64,000 bases of DNA from the human T2T-CHM13v2.0 reference genome, Homo sapiens. The first letter of the stretch is position 1. Each line of letters begins with the position of its first letter. Positions 1-12,997 of the stretch are shown here, one piece after another. The stretch lies in the NCBI RefSeq assembly GCF_009914755.1, contig NC_060932.1; one strand, 5' to 3'. The notes under the pieces were generated by a model. The model had not been told where the DNA came from. It made no database searches and worked only from the letters and a program-made list of their open reading frames with translations. A program made the translations under genes and the position numbers.

Positions 1-220
1 CACATAGTGACTGGATGTAGTTTTTTGCTGCCTGCTTGTGGACTAGTTAAGTGTTCAAATTTAATTTCCCTACATTTTGACTGCCTGGATGATAATTGGA
101 GCTCACATTACCATTGGCTGTAGCTTTTGTGCCTGTGTATTTTTATTATGGATAAGAAAACGTTAACCTACATTGTTATTCATTTGGTTATTCAGTCACA
201 TTATTTGCTTATTTAAACAG

Positions 221-307
221 GTGGTTTCCCTTTAGTGGAATCACTGAACTGGTAAATAACGTTCTTCAGCCCCAGCAAAAACAACAAAATGAAAAGGAGC
301 CCCAGAC
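221..307 (+). CDS. RIMS2: RIMS2 internal cassette exon (87 nt, phase 2-2), insert in the N-terminal Rab3-binding helix
   Basis: Acceptor tttaaacAG at 219-220 and donor GTAAGT at 308. Translates (x)WFPFSGITELVNNVLQPQQKQQNEKEPQ(T), which I recognise as RIM2-alpha. The terminal AC joins the first A of exon 44681 to give ACA (Thr) in frame. Confidence 0.93.
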
Positions 308-1479
308 GTAAGTAAGCTGATCTATATAGACTAAATATTATCTCTGATAGTATAACATACTGAAAAGTATGTGTTAAAATACTGTCCTTGAAATAGTATG
401 CCCTCAGAAAGGAAAATTGTTCGGTTAGGGTTTGATACTGTTACCCTTAATGAAAATCTATAAAGAAGGCAAGGATAATTAATAGGGTAGTAAAAAAGAA
501 GAGGTAATTCCCCCCACCCTGCTATATTTTAGTATAAATAATGTAAGCCATACTTATTCAGTAAAACATCCTTTTCCAACAATGCAATATATAACTAGAG
601 TGTGTTTCTTTCAAAAATTGTTCTAGAGGACATTAAAAGATATTAACCCCCAAATTCAATCTTTAGTCAAATAGTTTTGGAAAGGTTGTTTTAAAAAAGG
701 TTAAGCAAGTTTCTTTATTATAATTATTCTGAGAACCCAAATATGCTCCAAGGGTATTAGAACATACACTGTTTAATACATTTGTTTGACCACTGAATCC
801 TGTTTTTACTAAACATTTCATTAGGTTATGAAACATAATTTGGGAAATGTGGCAATATATTCTCACACTGACCTGAAGCATTAAAGAAGTATTGATTTCA
901 TTTTTTTGTTATTAGATTTAAAAACACTGTTTAAAAAGTTGTTCACTTCTGTAGCATTTTAATTTTGTGCAAGCAATATTATTTATGTTGTGAAGTTGAG
1001 GTAGCTGAAGATGTGAGAGAGACTGCATATATTTAAATTCCAGTATTCTCCTGACAGTTGTCATAATATTCAGATGTGCTCCAACCACTTAGCCTCTGTG
1101 CTTCCTTTTGAATTATGACTTTGGAGAAGCTGGTTTGGTTGTAGGAATGGACAAGTTGACAAGTGACATGGACTCCAGGAGAGAATGAGAATGACGAGTA
1201 TGATGAAACACTCAGAAAAACATTCATATTTTGCCTTTAATGCAGAGTAAAAGATAAACATCTTTTATGTCTTGTTGCTATTGATGAGGATAATCTCATG
1301 CATTTTATGCTACTTTGCATACATTTTATGTTATATTTTGTCAGGGTTTTCATTTCAACTGAAGTAAAAGTATGATATGTACTCTTCCTAATAGTTAATA
1401 TGTAGTTCTCAAATTGGAACTTCTCCTGTACTTAAGGTCGTTGAAGTAGGGCCAGTATTTGTCTTGCCTACTGTTTTAT

Positions 1480-1532
1480 TCTTGGCATTTAGCAGAATGC
1501 CTAATACATAGTAGGAACTCAATAAATATTTC
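1480..1532 (+). mobile_element. L2/MIR 3'-end fragment
   Basis: agcagaatgcctaatacatagtaggaactcaataaatattt matches the shared L2/MIR tail. Confidence 0.5.
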
Positions 1533-3289
1533 TTCACAATTGATTTTTCATATTTTATCCTTTTATGATACAGGAATTTTATGACATAAGGAGTAAAATT
1601 AAATTTAACAATTGCTTTTCTAACTAGCAAGCATTATATTAAAATGCCACACAATGTCATTGTTTTGCTTTTTCACTATGGCACTGAAGCTTAAAATAAA
1701 ATGGAGAAACCAATAACAAAATATAATTAGATGTAATTTTGTCTTGGTTTTAAATGACTTCAGTTAATGTATCTTGTGTGTGAGGTTTTGAAAATAATCA
1801 AGACTGTGCCATATTATGTATTAATTACCATGGCCATTAAATAAAATGACATATTTTGTGAGTAACTTTTAAAAAATGATATTTAGATTATTGTAACAAA
1901 GTGACATTTGATTGGCATAAACACAAAAGAAATCACTTTAATAATAAATATAATCCAATCTGCTTTGATTTTTGTATAGGAAGATGGTAGAAAAAATTAG
2001 CACTTTTAGATGATTTAAAAATTAATTCTTGATTAATTGGTATTATTTCAGTTAAGATTTCTTTGACAACTAATTCATTCTTGCTCTGTGATTTATGTAG
2101 TTTTAAAAATTCAGAATCAATAGATTCTCTTAATAGCTACATTCTTCATCTTACATTCTTGTTACATTGAAGATTTTTGGTATGTAATTTTCTAGAAGCC
2201 TTCCTTTTATCTTTCTGAACCACAGACCAGGGTTACTTCTGAATGCCCTTTAATTCACTTACTCTCTATTCGGATTTATAAGGCTTCTTCTTTCTGGCTT
2301 ATCTTATTTCTTTCTCAATATGAATACTATGTGAGTGGGATAACTTCCTATCTGCTTACTTTCTATTATTCATCCATAAAATTATTTTTGGAAGCTGAAT
2401 TCCAGGTATTCATTTTAAGTTTTAAATGTTAAAAAGTAAGTTTTTCATATTTTGTGCAAATACTTTCATAGTAGAATAACGAAATATTCTACCAGATAGC
2501 TAGTATTAAAAATCTATTATGTTTCCTAAACACTAGTTCATTTTAATCCATTTATATAAATTCCATTTTGCGGTTGTTGAAAAATCTAATGATGATGTAG
2601 GCTTCTTGAGGTCTGTATTTTTGAGGTTTGTTCATTTCATATTCTTTAGCATAATAGGAAGATTTACTAATTTTGATTTTGGCAATTGATGTGAAATTAT
2701 AGATATAAGTAGACTACTGTATATTCAACTTTGACTTTTCCTGAGATTTGAGGCATAGAAAATTGAATGAGCCATTTGTTTTAGTTGCCAGTTAATTCAC
2801 CCTTTGTAGAAACTGCTTAATATATAAATTAAATAATTTTAATATTACTTTCTCTTTTCTTTTGCTATTTTTTGCATCAGCATTAAAATGAGGGAAAGTT
2901 TTCTGCAAAGAGAATATCACATAACATAGGTTTTATGTAAGGTATAAAACAAGCCTCTGGATAATTAAAGATGGAAATACTAGGAAAAATGATAAATGCC
3001 TTATAATGCAACTGTCATTTTAACTTTGTATCTGCAATACATAGCAAAATGGTAAAGGTAATTAAAAAAAGTTTCCAATGCAAATACATTAAACTAATCA
3101 ATTGGATTACTTTACTTTGAATTTTATATTTTAGTTTTATTTATGTTTTGCTATGATTAATAAATGTACTTTTGAAATACTAGAGAAATCTAAAATTTGA
3201 ATTATTGGAATTAGATAACCACCTAATATAGTAATCCTCTTTGGCTGTGAGGTCTTTTAATAGAAACAAAATGTTAAAGGGAAGAGTGT

Positions 3290-4150
3290 TTTAAGCATAG
3301 GGAACATGATATGTGAGAGTCTTTAAGTAGCAAGGGACACAAAGAAGACCAAGATGGGTGTAGTATAGTAGATGAGAGGGAGTGTGGCAGGAGATGAGGT
3401 TCCAGAGGTAGGACTCAGATAGGGCAGTGGTTTTACAGAGAATGATAAGGAGTTTGAATCTGAGTCTCAGTATACAGGGAAGATATTGAAGAGATTTAAA
3501 CATGGGAGTGACATGATTTACTTTATGTATAAAGAACATATTGACTGCTCTATAAGTAGCATGAGTGAGAATAGAAATGGAGAGAGCAATGGAAGAGGCC
3601 TTTTTTGAGGACTTTGCTAGTGATAGTGATAACCTGGACCACACTGATTACAGTGAATACAGTGAAGATGGAGAGAAGTAAATTGAGAATATATTTGAAG
3701 ATTGAAATGATATGATTTGTCAGAGGAGAAGATTTAGAAGTTGTTGAAGAAGGGAAAAGAACCAAAGATGACTCCTGGGTTTCTAGTTGAAAGAACTAAT
3801 TGGGTCGTGATGTTATTAAATATGATCAAGAAGAGGAGAAGATTAACAGGTTGGAGGTATAAACTAAAACTTACATTTTGAACTTTTAAAATTTAAGATG
3901 CTTATAATTATCCAGCATTAAAGGAGAGAGATGGACTGGCCAGAGATATATTTTTGAGAGTGGTTAGTATGGCACATAAAGCTAGAAAAATGCATAAAAT
4001 AACCTAGAGAGAGAGTGTGTGATAAAGAGCAGACACGAAGATTGGTTAAGCTCTGAAAAATCCTTATACCTATCCTGGGTCCTGAGATAAAAAGACTGTG
4101 GTTCCTACTCTCAAATAGTTCATGGTTAAGTGGGAAAAACAGACAAGCTG
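3290..4150 (-). mobile_element. L2 LINE fragments (old, diverged)
   Basis: Purine-rich antisense L2-type motifs (ggagtttgaatct..., gtgacatgatt, gatgactcctgggtttctag). Boundaries approximate. Confidence 0.55.
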
Positions 4151-4174
4151 ATAAGTAATTAAAAACAGTTCTGT

Positions 4175-4815
4175 GGGGACTTCTGGTTTGATTTTTGATA
4201 TGTGAAAGAGCATGAAAGTTGTCACTGCTATTCTCATAACAAGAAAAATGCTGAACTGAAAACCAACAACTTTTCTTAAATCCATCAGAAAATTGAGGTC
4301 ACAGGGCAAATCAAGCCATGAGTAGTGGAGAGAGAGGCAAATACAAAGAGTAAGTTTACTGGGTGAAGAAACCACAGATTCTGTTAGGAAAACTTAAACT
4401 ATAATTGATGAACTGCTGGAAGCTGAATGTGGACTAACTTAAAAGTTAAAACTTCTTGCGGTCCTAGCCTTAGGGAAGCCCCCACAATTTTAAGGTTTTA
4501 CTTCTGGGAGTACCATCAAGCTCTGAAAGTGAAGATCAGAGAAAAGTCCCCTCATGCCTCCAGCTGGGGGAGGGGAAAGTAACCATTCTGAAATAGCCCA
4601 GGGAAGGAGTAACCATTTTGACATACTCCCAGAACTTTCTGTTCCCCACCTTCCCTCAAGAGAAACAACTTTACCAGAGCTGAATCAATATGAGAAAAGG
4701 AAAATAACTCCAGTCTTTAGATTTTCCGCCTCACCTAAGGGGGACAAGAAGCTGAGAATCACTTTCAGAGTCACAGCCCAAGAGCACAGGTTCACTAAAG
4801 ACCAAAACCTATTCA
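4175..4815 (+). mobile_element. Old L1M 5'-region fragment
   Basis: gggacttctggttt... and ccatcagaaaattgaggtcacagggcaaa resemble L1M-type 5' ends. Subfamily uncertain. Confidence 0.45.
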
Positions 4816-4819
4816 TAGG

Positions 4820-5030
4820 AGTAGGTTTCTCTTCCAAGTGGCAATTCAGAGATTTAGGCTGCTGCTCTCTTGTAAGCCATCTGGAACACATAGCTTCCAG
4901 GGTTGCTACACCAGTGGAAGAGAGATAATGGAGAACTCACACTTATTCTTAATTATGTAAGACAGAAGTGTCATAGGTCACTTTTGCTCACAGATTATTG
5001 CCTAAAACTTCTCACAAGGCACTATCCTCT
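4820..5030. mobile_element. MLT1-type MaLR LTR fragment
   Basis: agaagtgtcataggtcacttttgctcaca...aaaacttctcacaaggcac resembles old MLT1 LTRs. Confidence 0.4.
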
Positions 5031-5144
5031 ATATAATGAGTTCTAGTAACACCTACAGTTAGTTTACATTTGATTCTTATTTACTGCAATGAGACAGAAA
5101 TTTTAGGATGCCAAAAGATAAAGATTTCCCAAAAGAATAGTTAC

Positions 5145-5609
5145 TGTAGCAAGGATTGCCCTGTCAACAAAATTTTTCTGGAAAGGAATTTTGAGGAAAG
5201 AGACTTTGTTTGCAAATGGGGTAGACATAGTTTTCAATGATAGAGGAAGGTGCATTCCAGAAAGCAAAGGGAGGATCTGATTTTATAGCAAACGTTCCTG
5301 CCCATGTTTTTAATCCAGTTTCTTTATGAAAATGAAGGATTCAAACTTGCTTCATTCTCATTGGTTAACACAGCTCAGTTCTGACTGGTTGATACAGCTG
5401 GGTTCTGATTGGTTGGTATAGCTGAGCCCTGATTACTTGGTTTAGGTGAGCACAAAGTTCAATAGAGGTGTGGGTTTTCTGGAAACTCAGAGTATGTGAT
5501 GACCTCTAGTTAGCAAATGGCAGCTTGGCTGTATTTAAAATCTAGACCCAGTTAGCCACTTGAGTTCCACCTTGAAGGATTAACTCTTTCAGGTTCACAT
5601 TTGTTCACA
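5145..5609 (-). mobile_element. Solo ERV LTR (LTR47-like, tentative) with an internal 24-bp repeat
   Basis: Minus strand starts TGTGAACAAATGTGAACCTGAAAGAG. Tandem CCAAT-containing units at 5355-5440. Left boundary approximate. Confidence 0.55.
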
Positions 5610-5771
5610 ACTCCGATACCGTAGTTGCTTCTACTGTAACTGCTATAATGACTAGGATCAAGGTCTAATTTTTACAAGACTGAAGGTTAGGTTATAACGT
5701 GAAGAAAATTCAAATATACAAGTGTCCTCTGGAAGGAAATTTGCTATTTGTAGTGTTTTAAGTAACAGCTA

Positions 5772-5835
5772 TTAGGTTGGTGCAAAAGTAAATTACTTTC
5801 AATGCCAAAACTGCAATTACCTTGCACCAACCTAA
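5772..5835. mobile_element. MADE1 (Hsmar1-derived mariner MITE), internally deleted
   Basis: Terminal inverted repeats TTAGGTTGGTGCAA...TTGCACCAACCTAA, with TA duplication at 5770-5771 and 5836-5837. Confidence 0.9.
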
Positions 5836-6059
5836 TATTAAGTTTTGTCAGTGAGATAACAGGGAGATTTTTGCCTTCTCTTAGGTGGTAATGAAAGACT
5901 AATGGAGATAAAGAACGTGATAACACTGGCCGTATGTGAATGTATACACATATTCTGAGAAGCCTTTAGTTGATCACTAGGGATGCCAAAGCACAATAAT
6001 AAATAAGATTACAAGTAAACAAAATTGTTTTAGAAAGGAGGAGCAGAGATACCAGAAGA

Positions 6060-6500
6060 ATTACAATCTTCTGTTCTTGGGTGGAAGCTGTATACTTTGG
6101 TTTGTCATTTGCTTGATCCAGGAGTCATTAGCTGTTTTTTTCCAAAGATCATCTGCTTCTGGAAGCTTCTTAAGACTCCTGTTTAAGGACTCCCAGTGGA
6201 GAAGATTTTCAAGCCCAGGGAAAATGGTGTGTATCTTTTTAGTTGTGAAACATGAATTCAAGGGTCAACGTTTTGGAGCTTTTAATGGAAGTGCTAATTA
6301 TTAGCATGACTTACCACACTCTTTTCATGAAGTGTCCAGGACAGTTTTTCTCCCTTGTCTCCTCCAGAGTACTAAATGTGCAGATCTCAGGTCATAGAGA
6401 GTTGCTTAGAAGGATGTTTTGGAAAGACTGCTTTTACCTGTTGATGACAAGACTGAGTGTATCACATGATTTCTTTGCTGTGTCTACTCATGTTAGCTTG
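6060..6500 (-). mobile_element. Possible ancient RTE-clade (L4-like) LINE 3' coding remnant
   Basis: Minus-strand peptide ...ADDLWKKTANDSWIKQ...KNRRL* loosely resembles RTE-type ORF C-termini. Weak, by eye only. Confidence 0.3.
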
Positions 6501-6783
6501 CAATAGCAGAATATAGGATCAAAGGTGAAATTTAAAAATATGTGGGGCAGTCCATTATTCATTCACAAGGAGAGAGCAGATGGGTCCCCAGAAATGTTTA
6601 TCTTTTTGTTTTGAAGGCTAATGCTGATAGAAATCGAAGAGTCCTTGAGGATATTTAATTTTAATTTTTAAAGTTCACTTGTTCTACTTTTTCTGAAGAT
6701 TAAGAATGATATAGACAAAAGATTGTTTTTGTAAGCTGTGTGCTTCTTATGGTGCTTGACTGGTCAAAGAAGTTGATATGGAG

Positions 6784-8213
6784 GCAGTCACAGTGGTGCC
6801 TGTGGGGACAGAGGAGGGAATGGGTGAAGAGGAGCAAGACTCTGGCACTACCACGGGCTGCGGGCTGCCTAGTGTAGAGAAAATGCTGGCCACCAACCCG
6901 GGCAAGACCCCAATCAGCCTTCTGCAGAAGTATGGTACCAGAATAGGGAAGAACACCTGTGTACTACCTTCTCAAAGCCGAGGGCCCACCAGCCTAATTT
7001 CACCTTCTGGGTCTGTTGGCAACACCAGCTGCACTGCTCAGGGCCCCAGGAAGAAGGTAGTCAAGCACAAGGCAGCTGAGGTGGCCCTCAGACACCTCAA
7101 AGTGGAGAGCATGTTGGAGCCGGCCCCGGAGGACAGCAGTTCTTTTTCTCCCCTAGACTCTTCACTGCCTGAGGACTTTCCAGTTTTTACTGCTGCAGCA
7201 GCTGCTACCCCAGTTTCATCTGTTTTCCTAACCAGGAGCACCCCCATGGAAAAGCAGCCCCCGCTCCTCCCTTCAGCAGTCGGAGTGCATCCCTGTTGGT
7301 GCTCTTCAGAAACTGGTGGTGCAGAAAGGCTGGTGGTTGCCAGAGCACACAGTGACCTAGGAGTCCAGGCCAGATCAACACGAAGAATTGACCTGACGAG
7401 TGGAGCGTTTCACTGAGATTGGCAGTGGCACTTCCAAAAAATCAACAAGTTGTAATGCAGTGACCAAAATGCTGCTTCGAGTGCACACGGTGTCTGTGGA
7501 TGCCTGGGATGGCAATGAGGCAGAGCCTGATGATGACTACTTCTCCATTGATGTGGGCTCCCGCCTGGATGGTCTTCAGAACCGGGGCCCAGGCCGCACC
7601 TGAGATTTTCTACCAAATTCATTGGAGAGAAGATCCTGTCCTTCTGCAATTGCTCCCTGGGCTCCATAGGTGCCCTGGGCCCTGCCTGCTGCCGTGTCCT
7701 CAGTGAGCTCTCTGAAGAGCAGGTCTTCCACGTCAATTACCTGGATGTTGAGGAGCTGAGCCTGAGTAGACTCTGCCAGTGTCTGGTGGAACTGTCCTTC
7801 CAGCTGGCCACTGCATATCATGGCTCTGCAACCACCAGGGAGGCAGCCCGTGGTGAGGCTGCTTGCCGTGCCCTGCAGTACCACAAGATCATGGCGGGCA
7901 GCAAGTGAAGCGCTAGCTGGACTCATGGATGTGCACCCTTTGCTTCCTGCTATTCCTGCCTCTGTGCTCACGTATCTGCTCAGCTCTGGTACCTTCTGTA
8001 GGTGCCATCTCTACCTCTGACACAGACTGTCTGCCTCGAGGCTGAGAAGGCACAGGGCAAGGAGCCAAGGACCTCAGGGCCTCAGCCAGCCCGGAATCTG
8101 TCCTCATTTTATTGGTGATGATGAGTGGGAATGAAATCAGGGGGCTGTATACTAGGGCCCGGAATAAACATGCTGCTTCGTGGATAAAAACAAAAACAAA
8201 AACAAAAACAAAA
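6784..8213 (+). pseudogene. TARBP2P1: Processed pseudogene of TARBP2 (TRBP, Dicer cofactor with dsRNA-binding domains)
   Basis: Intronless copy from MGEEEQDSGTTTGCGLPS (ATG 6820) through KTPISLLQ, ERFTEIGSGTSKK and EPDDDYFS to IMAGSK* (TGA 7906-7908). Several frameshifts and a stop. AATAAA at 8163-8168, A-rich (A4-6C)n tail at 8186-8220, degenerate target-site duplication (TSD) aaagaagttgatatggag (6766-6783) / aaacaaatctgatacggag (8214-8232). Confidence 0.93.
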
Positions 8214-8539
8214 AAACAAATCTGATACGGAGTTGTGAAATGGTAAAGGCAGTTCCTGGACATAGATGTGTTTCCAGGTCTAACATAGATAATCTTTAAT
8301 CTGAATAATGTAAAATTGCCAGAATCTTTCTCATACCTTAGAATCATATTAAATGCTGTGTGGCTCAAGGCAGGGATAAGTAAATAAACTTTTAAAATGA
8401 CAAATGATAGGTTGCTCAGAAAAGGATACTTAGAAAAATTGATAAAAGCAGCAAAGTACTTATTGCTAAGTAATATAAAACTTAAGTAAAACTTATAAGT
8501 AATATAAAAAATGAAAAGTGCACAGATTGAAAGTATAGA

Positions 8540-8945
8540 AAGTAGCACTGAGATCAAGAAGCAGAACATTAACAGCCATGCAGGATTTCCTCATGCTCCC
8601 TTTCAGGGAGAACTATTTCCCATCTCCAAGGGTAACTTTTATCCTTTTGCCTAGCACCACTATTTTCTGTCCAGCACCATTATTTTGGCCTATTTTTATT
8701 TAGAGTTTACAGAAAGAATCATACAATGTATTCTATTGGTTCTGTATTGTTTTGCTCAATATAATGTCTGTGAGATTCAGCTATATAATTGCATGCAATT
8801 GTATTTCATTCATTCTCAGTGCTGTCTGTACTTCAGTATCTGAATATACCACATTTTATTGATCAGTTTTACTATTGATGTGCGTTTGAGTTTGTTTCTA
8901 ATTTTTGCCTATTATGAATAGTGCTGCTGTATACATTCTGATGTC
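8540..8945 (-). mobile_element. Old L1M (L1ME/L1MC-like) 3' fragment
   Basis: agatcaagaagcagaacatt... and tattatgaatagtgctgct are typical antisense L1 3' motifs. Confidence 0.6.
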
Positions 8946-9076
8946 ATTATTTTTTTTCCTATGACTTTGGAGGAGAATTTTGGAGTTATTTGTGAAAGTA
9001 AAGTACTTCAGCTACTTCAAAATACTTTAAAATATTAAAGCTAGTTGCTCTCTAATTTCCCTAATTTCCCATTTAG

Positions 9077-9401
<325 letters not shown>

Positions 9402-9590
9402 TAGATGCTGTTTTTTGAGCATGCCTTACCATTTGATGTTTTGGTGCCTTTGCATCTGGCCTAGAAAGGGAGAAAAGGAGTGATATGATATGATTTGTTC
9501 TAAAATACAATTTTGAAATTTCACTTGTTATTTCTACTTTTTCTGAAGATTGAGAAAGATACAGAGAATGATATTGAGAATGATATAGAC

Positions 9591-9812
9591 CTGGGGTGTC
9601 CAATCTTTTGGCTTCCCTGGGCTACATTGGAAGAAGAATTAATTGTCTTCGGCCACACATAAAATACAGTAACACTAATGATAGCTGATGAGCTAAAAAA
9701 AGTTTCCAAAAATCTTATAATACTTTAAGAAAGTTTACAGATTTTTCTTGGGCTGTATTCAAGGCTGTCCTGGGCCTCATGTGGCCCATGGGTCCCAGGT
9801 TAGACAAGCTTC
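9591..9812 (+). mobile_element. MER30 (hAT-Charlie MITE)
   Basis: ctggggtgtccaatcttttggcttccctggg...ggttagacaagcttc, with a perfect 8-bp TSD ATATAGAC at 9583-9590 and 9813-9820. Confidence 0.92.
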
Positions 9813-10269
9813 ATATAGACAGAAGATGTTTTTGTGTAAGCTATGTGCCTCTTATGGTGGTGATCTCTTCTAAAATACAAATCAGATCATATCACTGTGC
9901 ATCATATAGTAGTAGGAAGTTTACAGTTAACGACATCAGTTGAGATTAAGTGCAATTAAATTTACACAAATTGTAAAAAATGTAAATATTGTTATCAGAG
10001 TTTTTTCTTTTTATGTTTTGTGTGAAAAACACATATTCTTATACCCAGGCAACAGTGGATAAAAGTGTTTTTACTCTCCAATGTCTTTTTCAAAGAAGTA
10101 CTTTTTTTGTTCAAGCAGAAAGCAGTTACAGGTGGAATATTTACAATGAACTCAAATTATTCTTCTATTTATCACCATATTTTTATTTCAGAATTGAGTT
10201 GATACTTTTCTTCAAGAAGCAAATTTCAGAGAAGAAATGAAACACCTTTTCCCTTTGGAGTCAGAAGAG

Positions 10270-10313
<44 letters not shown>
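10270..10313. repeat. (TCTA)11 tetranucleotide microsatellite
   Basis: Perfect 44-bp tract read directly. Confidence 0.97.
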
Positions 10314-10314
<1 letters not shown>

Positions 10315-10481
10315 AGTCTTATAAATATAGTCATTCTCTAGTGTCAATAACAAGCTACAAGTGTAATTTTTACATATTTTTAATGTCAGTCTCTAATATC
10401 AATATTTTATTTTGTGAACAGAATAATAATGTCAGCTCTGAAGATTCTGTATCTAGCGACTACATAAATTTTTCTGGAGCA

Positions 10482-10778
10482 GGCCAGGCACAGTTGCTCA
10501 CGCCTGTAATCCTAGCACTTTGGGAGGCCCAGGCAGGCGAATCATCAGGTCAGGAGTTCGAGACTAGCCTGGCTAACATGGTGAAACCCCGTGTCTACTA
10601 AAAATACAAAAAATTAGCTGGGCATAATGGCACGTAACTGTAATCCAGCTACTCAGGGGGCTGAGGCAGGAGAATTGCTTGAATCTGGGAGGCAGAGATT
10701 GCAGTGAGCTGAGATTACACCACTGCACCCTAGCCTGGGTGACAGAGTGTGAGATTCTGTCTCAAAAAAAAAAAAAAA
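10482..10778 (+). mobile_element. Alu (AluS-like), full length
   Basis: ggccaggcacag... through the poly(A) tail, with TSD-like aatttttctggag flanks. Confidence 0.95.
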
Positions 10779-10853
10779 TTTTTTTTCTGGAGGAAAAGAC
10801 TCTCTTAATTTAATTGCCTTTTCAATACAGTTTTAGTTATGGTGGCATTATAA

Positions 10854-12876
<2,023 letters not shown>

Positions 12877-12888
12877 TGTGTATTAGAG

Positions 12889-12997
12889 ATTCTTTCATAG
12901 TTCATAAGTGTGATTGGGTGTTTAACGCTCATTTGAGATGTTCCTCCCTCAAACCTTGGTATTATGTTTGCACATTACACATCTGATGTTAAAAAAA
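12889..12997 (+). pseudogene. U13 (SNORD13) box C/D snoRNA retrocopy with short A tail
   Basis: attctttcatagttcataagtgtgattgggtgtt...tgagatg...aaaccttg...gcacattacacatctga aligns by eye to U13. Box D CTGA at 12983-12986, box C region damaged, A7 tail at 12991-12997. Confidence 0.85.

Noticed and set aside
1000-1260. Purine-rich unique-looking stretch as an extra RIMS2 exon
   Set aside because: No convincing acceptor-donor pair with an open frame, and no recognisable RIM peptide.
5355-5440. CRISPR-like repeat array
   Set aside because: Units are contiguous with no unique spacers, there are no cas genes, and the context is a eukaryotic LTR.
6820-7908. Functional TARBP2 retrogene
   Set aside because: Multiple frameshifts and an in-frame stop, so full-length TRBP cannot be encoded.
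7913-8569. 218-aa hydrophobic minus-strand ORF
   Set aside because: Antisense reading of the pseudogene 3' UTR, A-rich tail and AT-rich flank. The FVFVF run comes from (AAAAAC)n.
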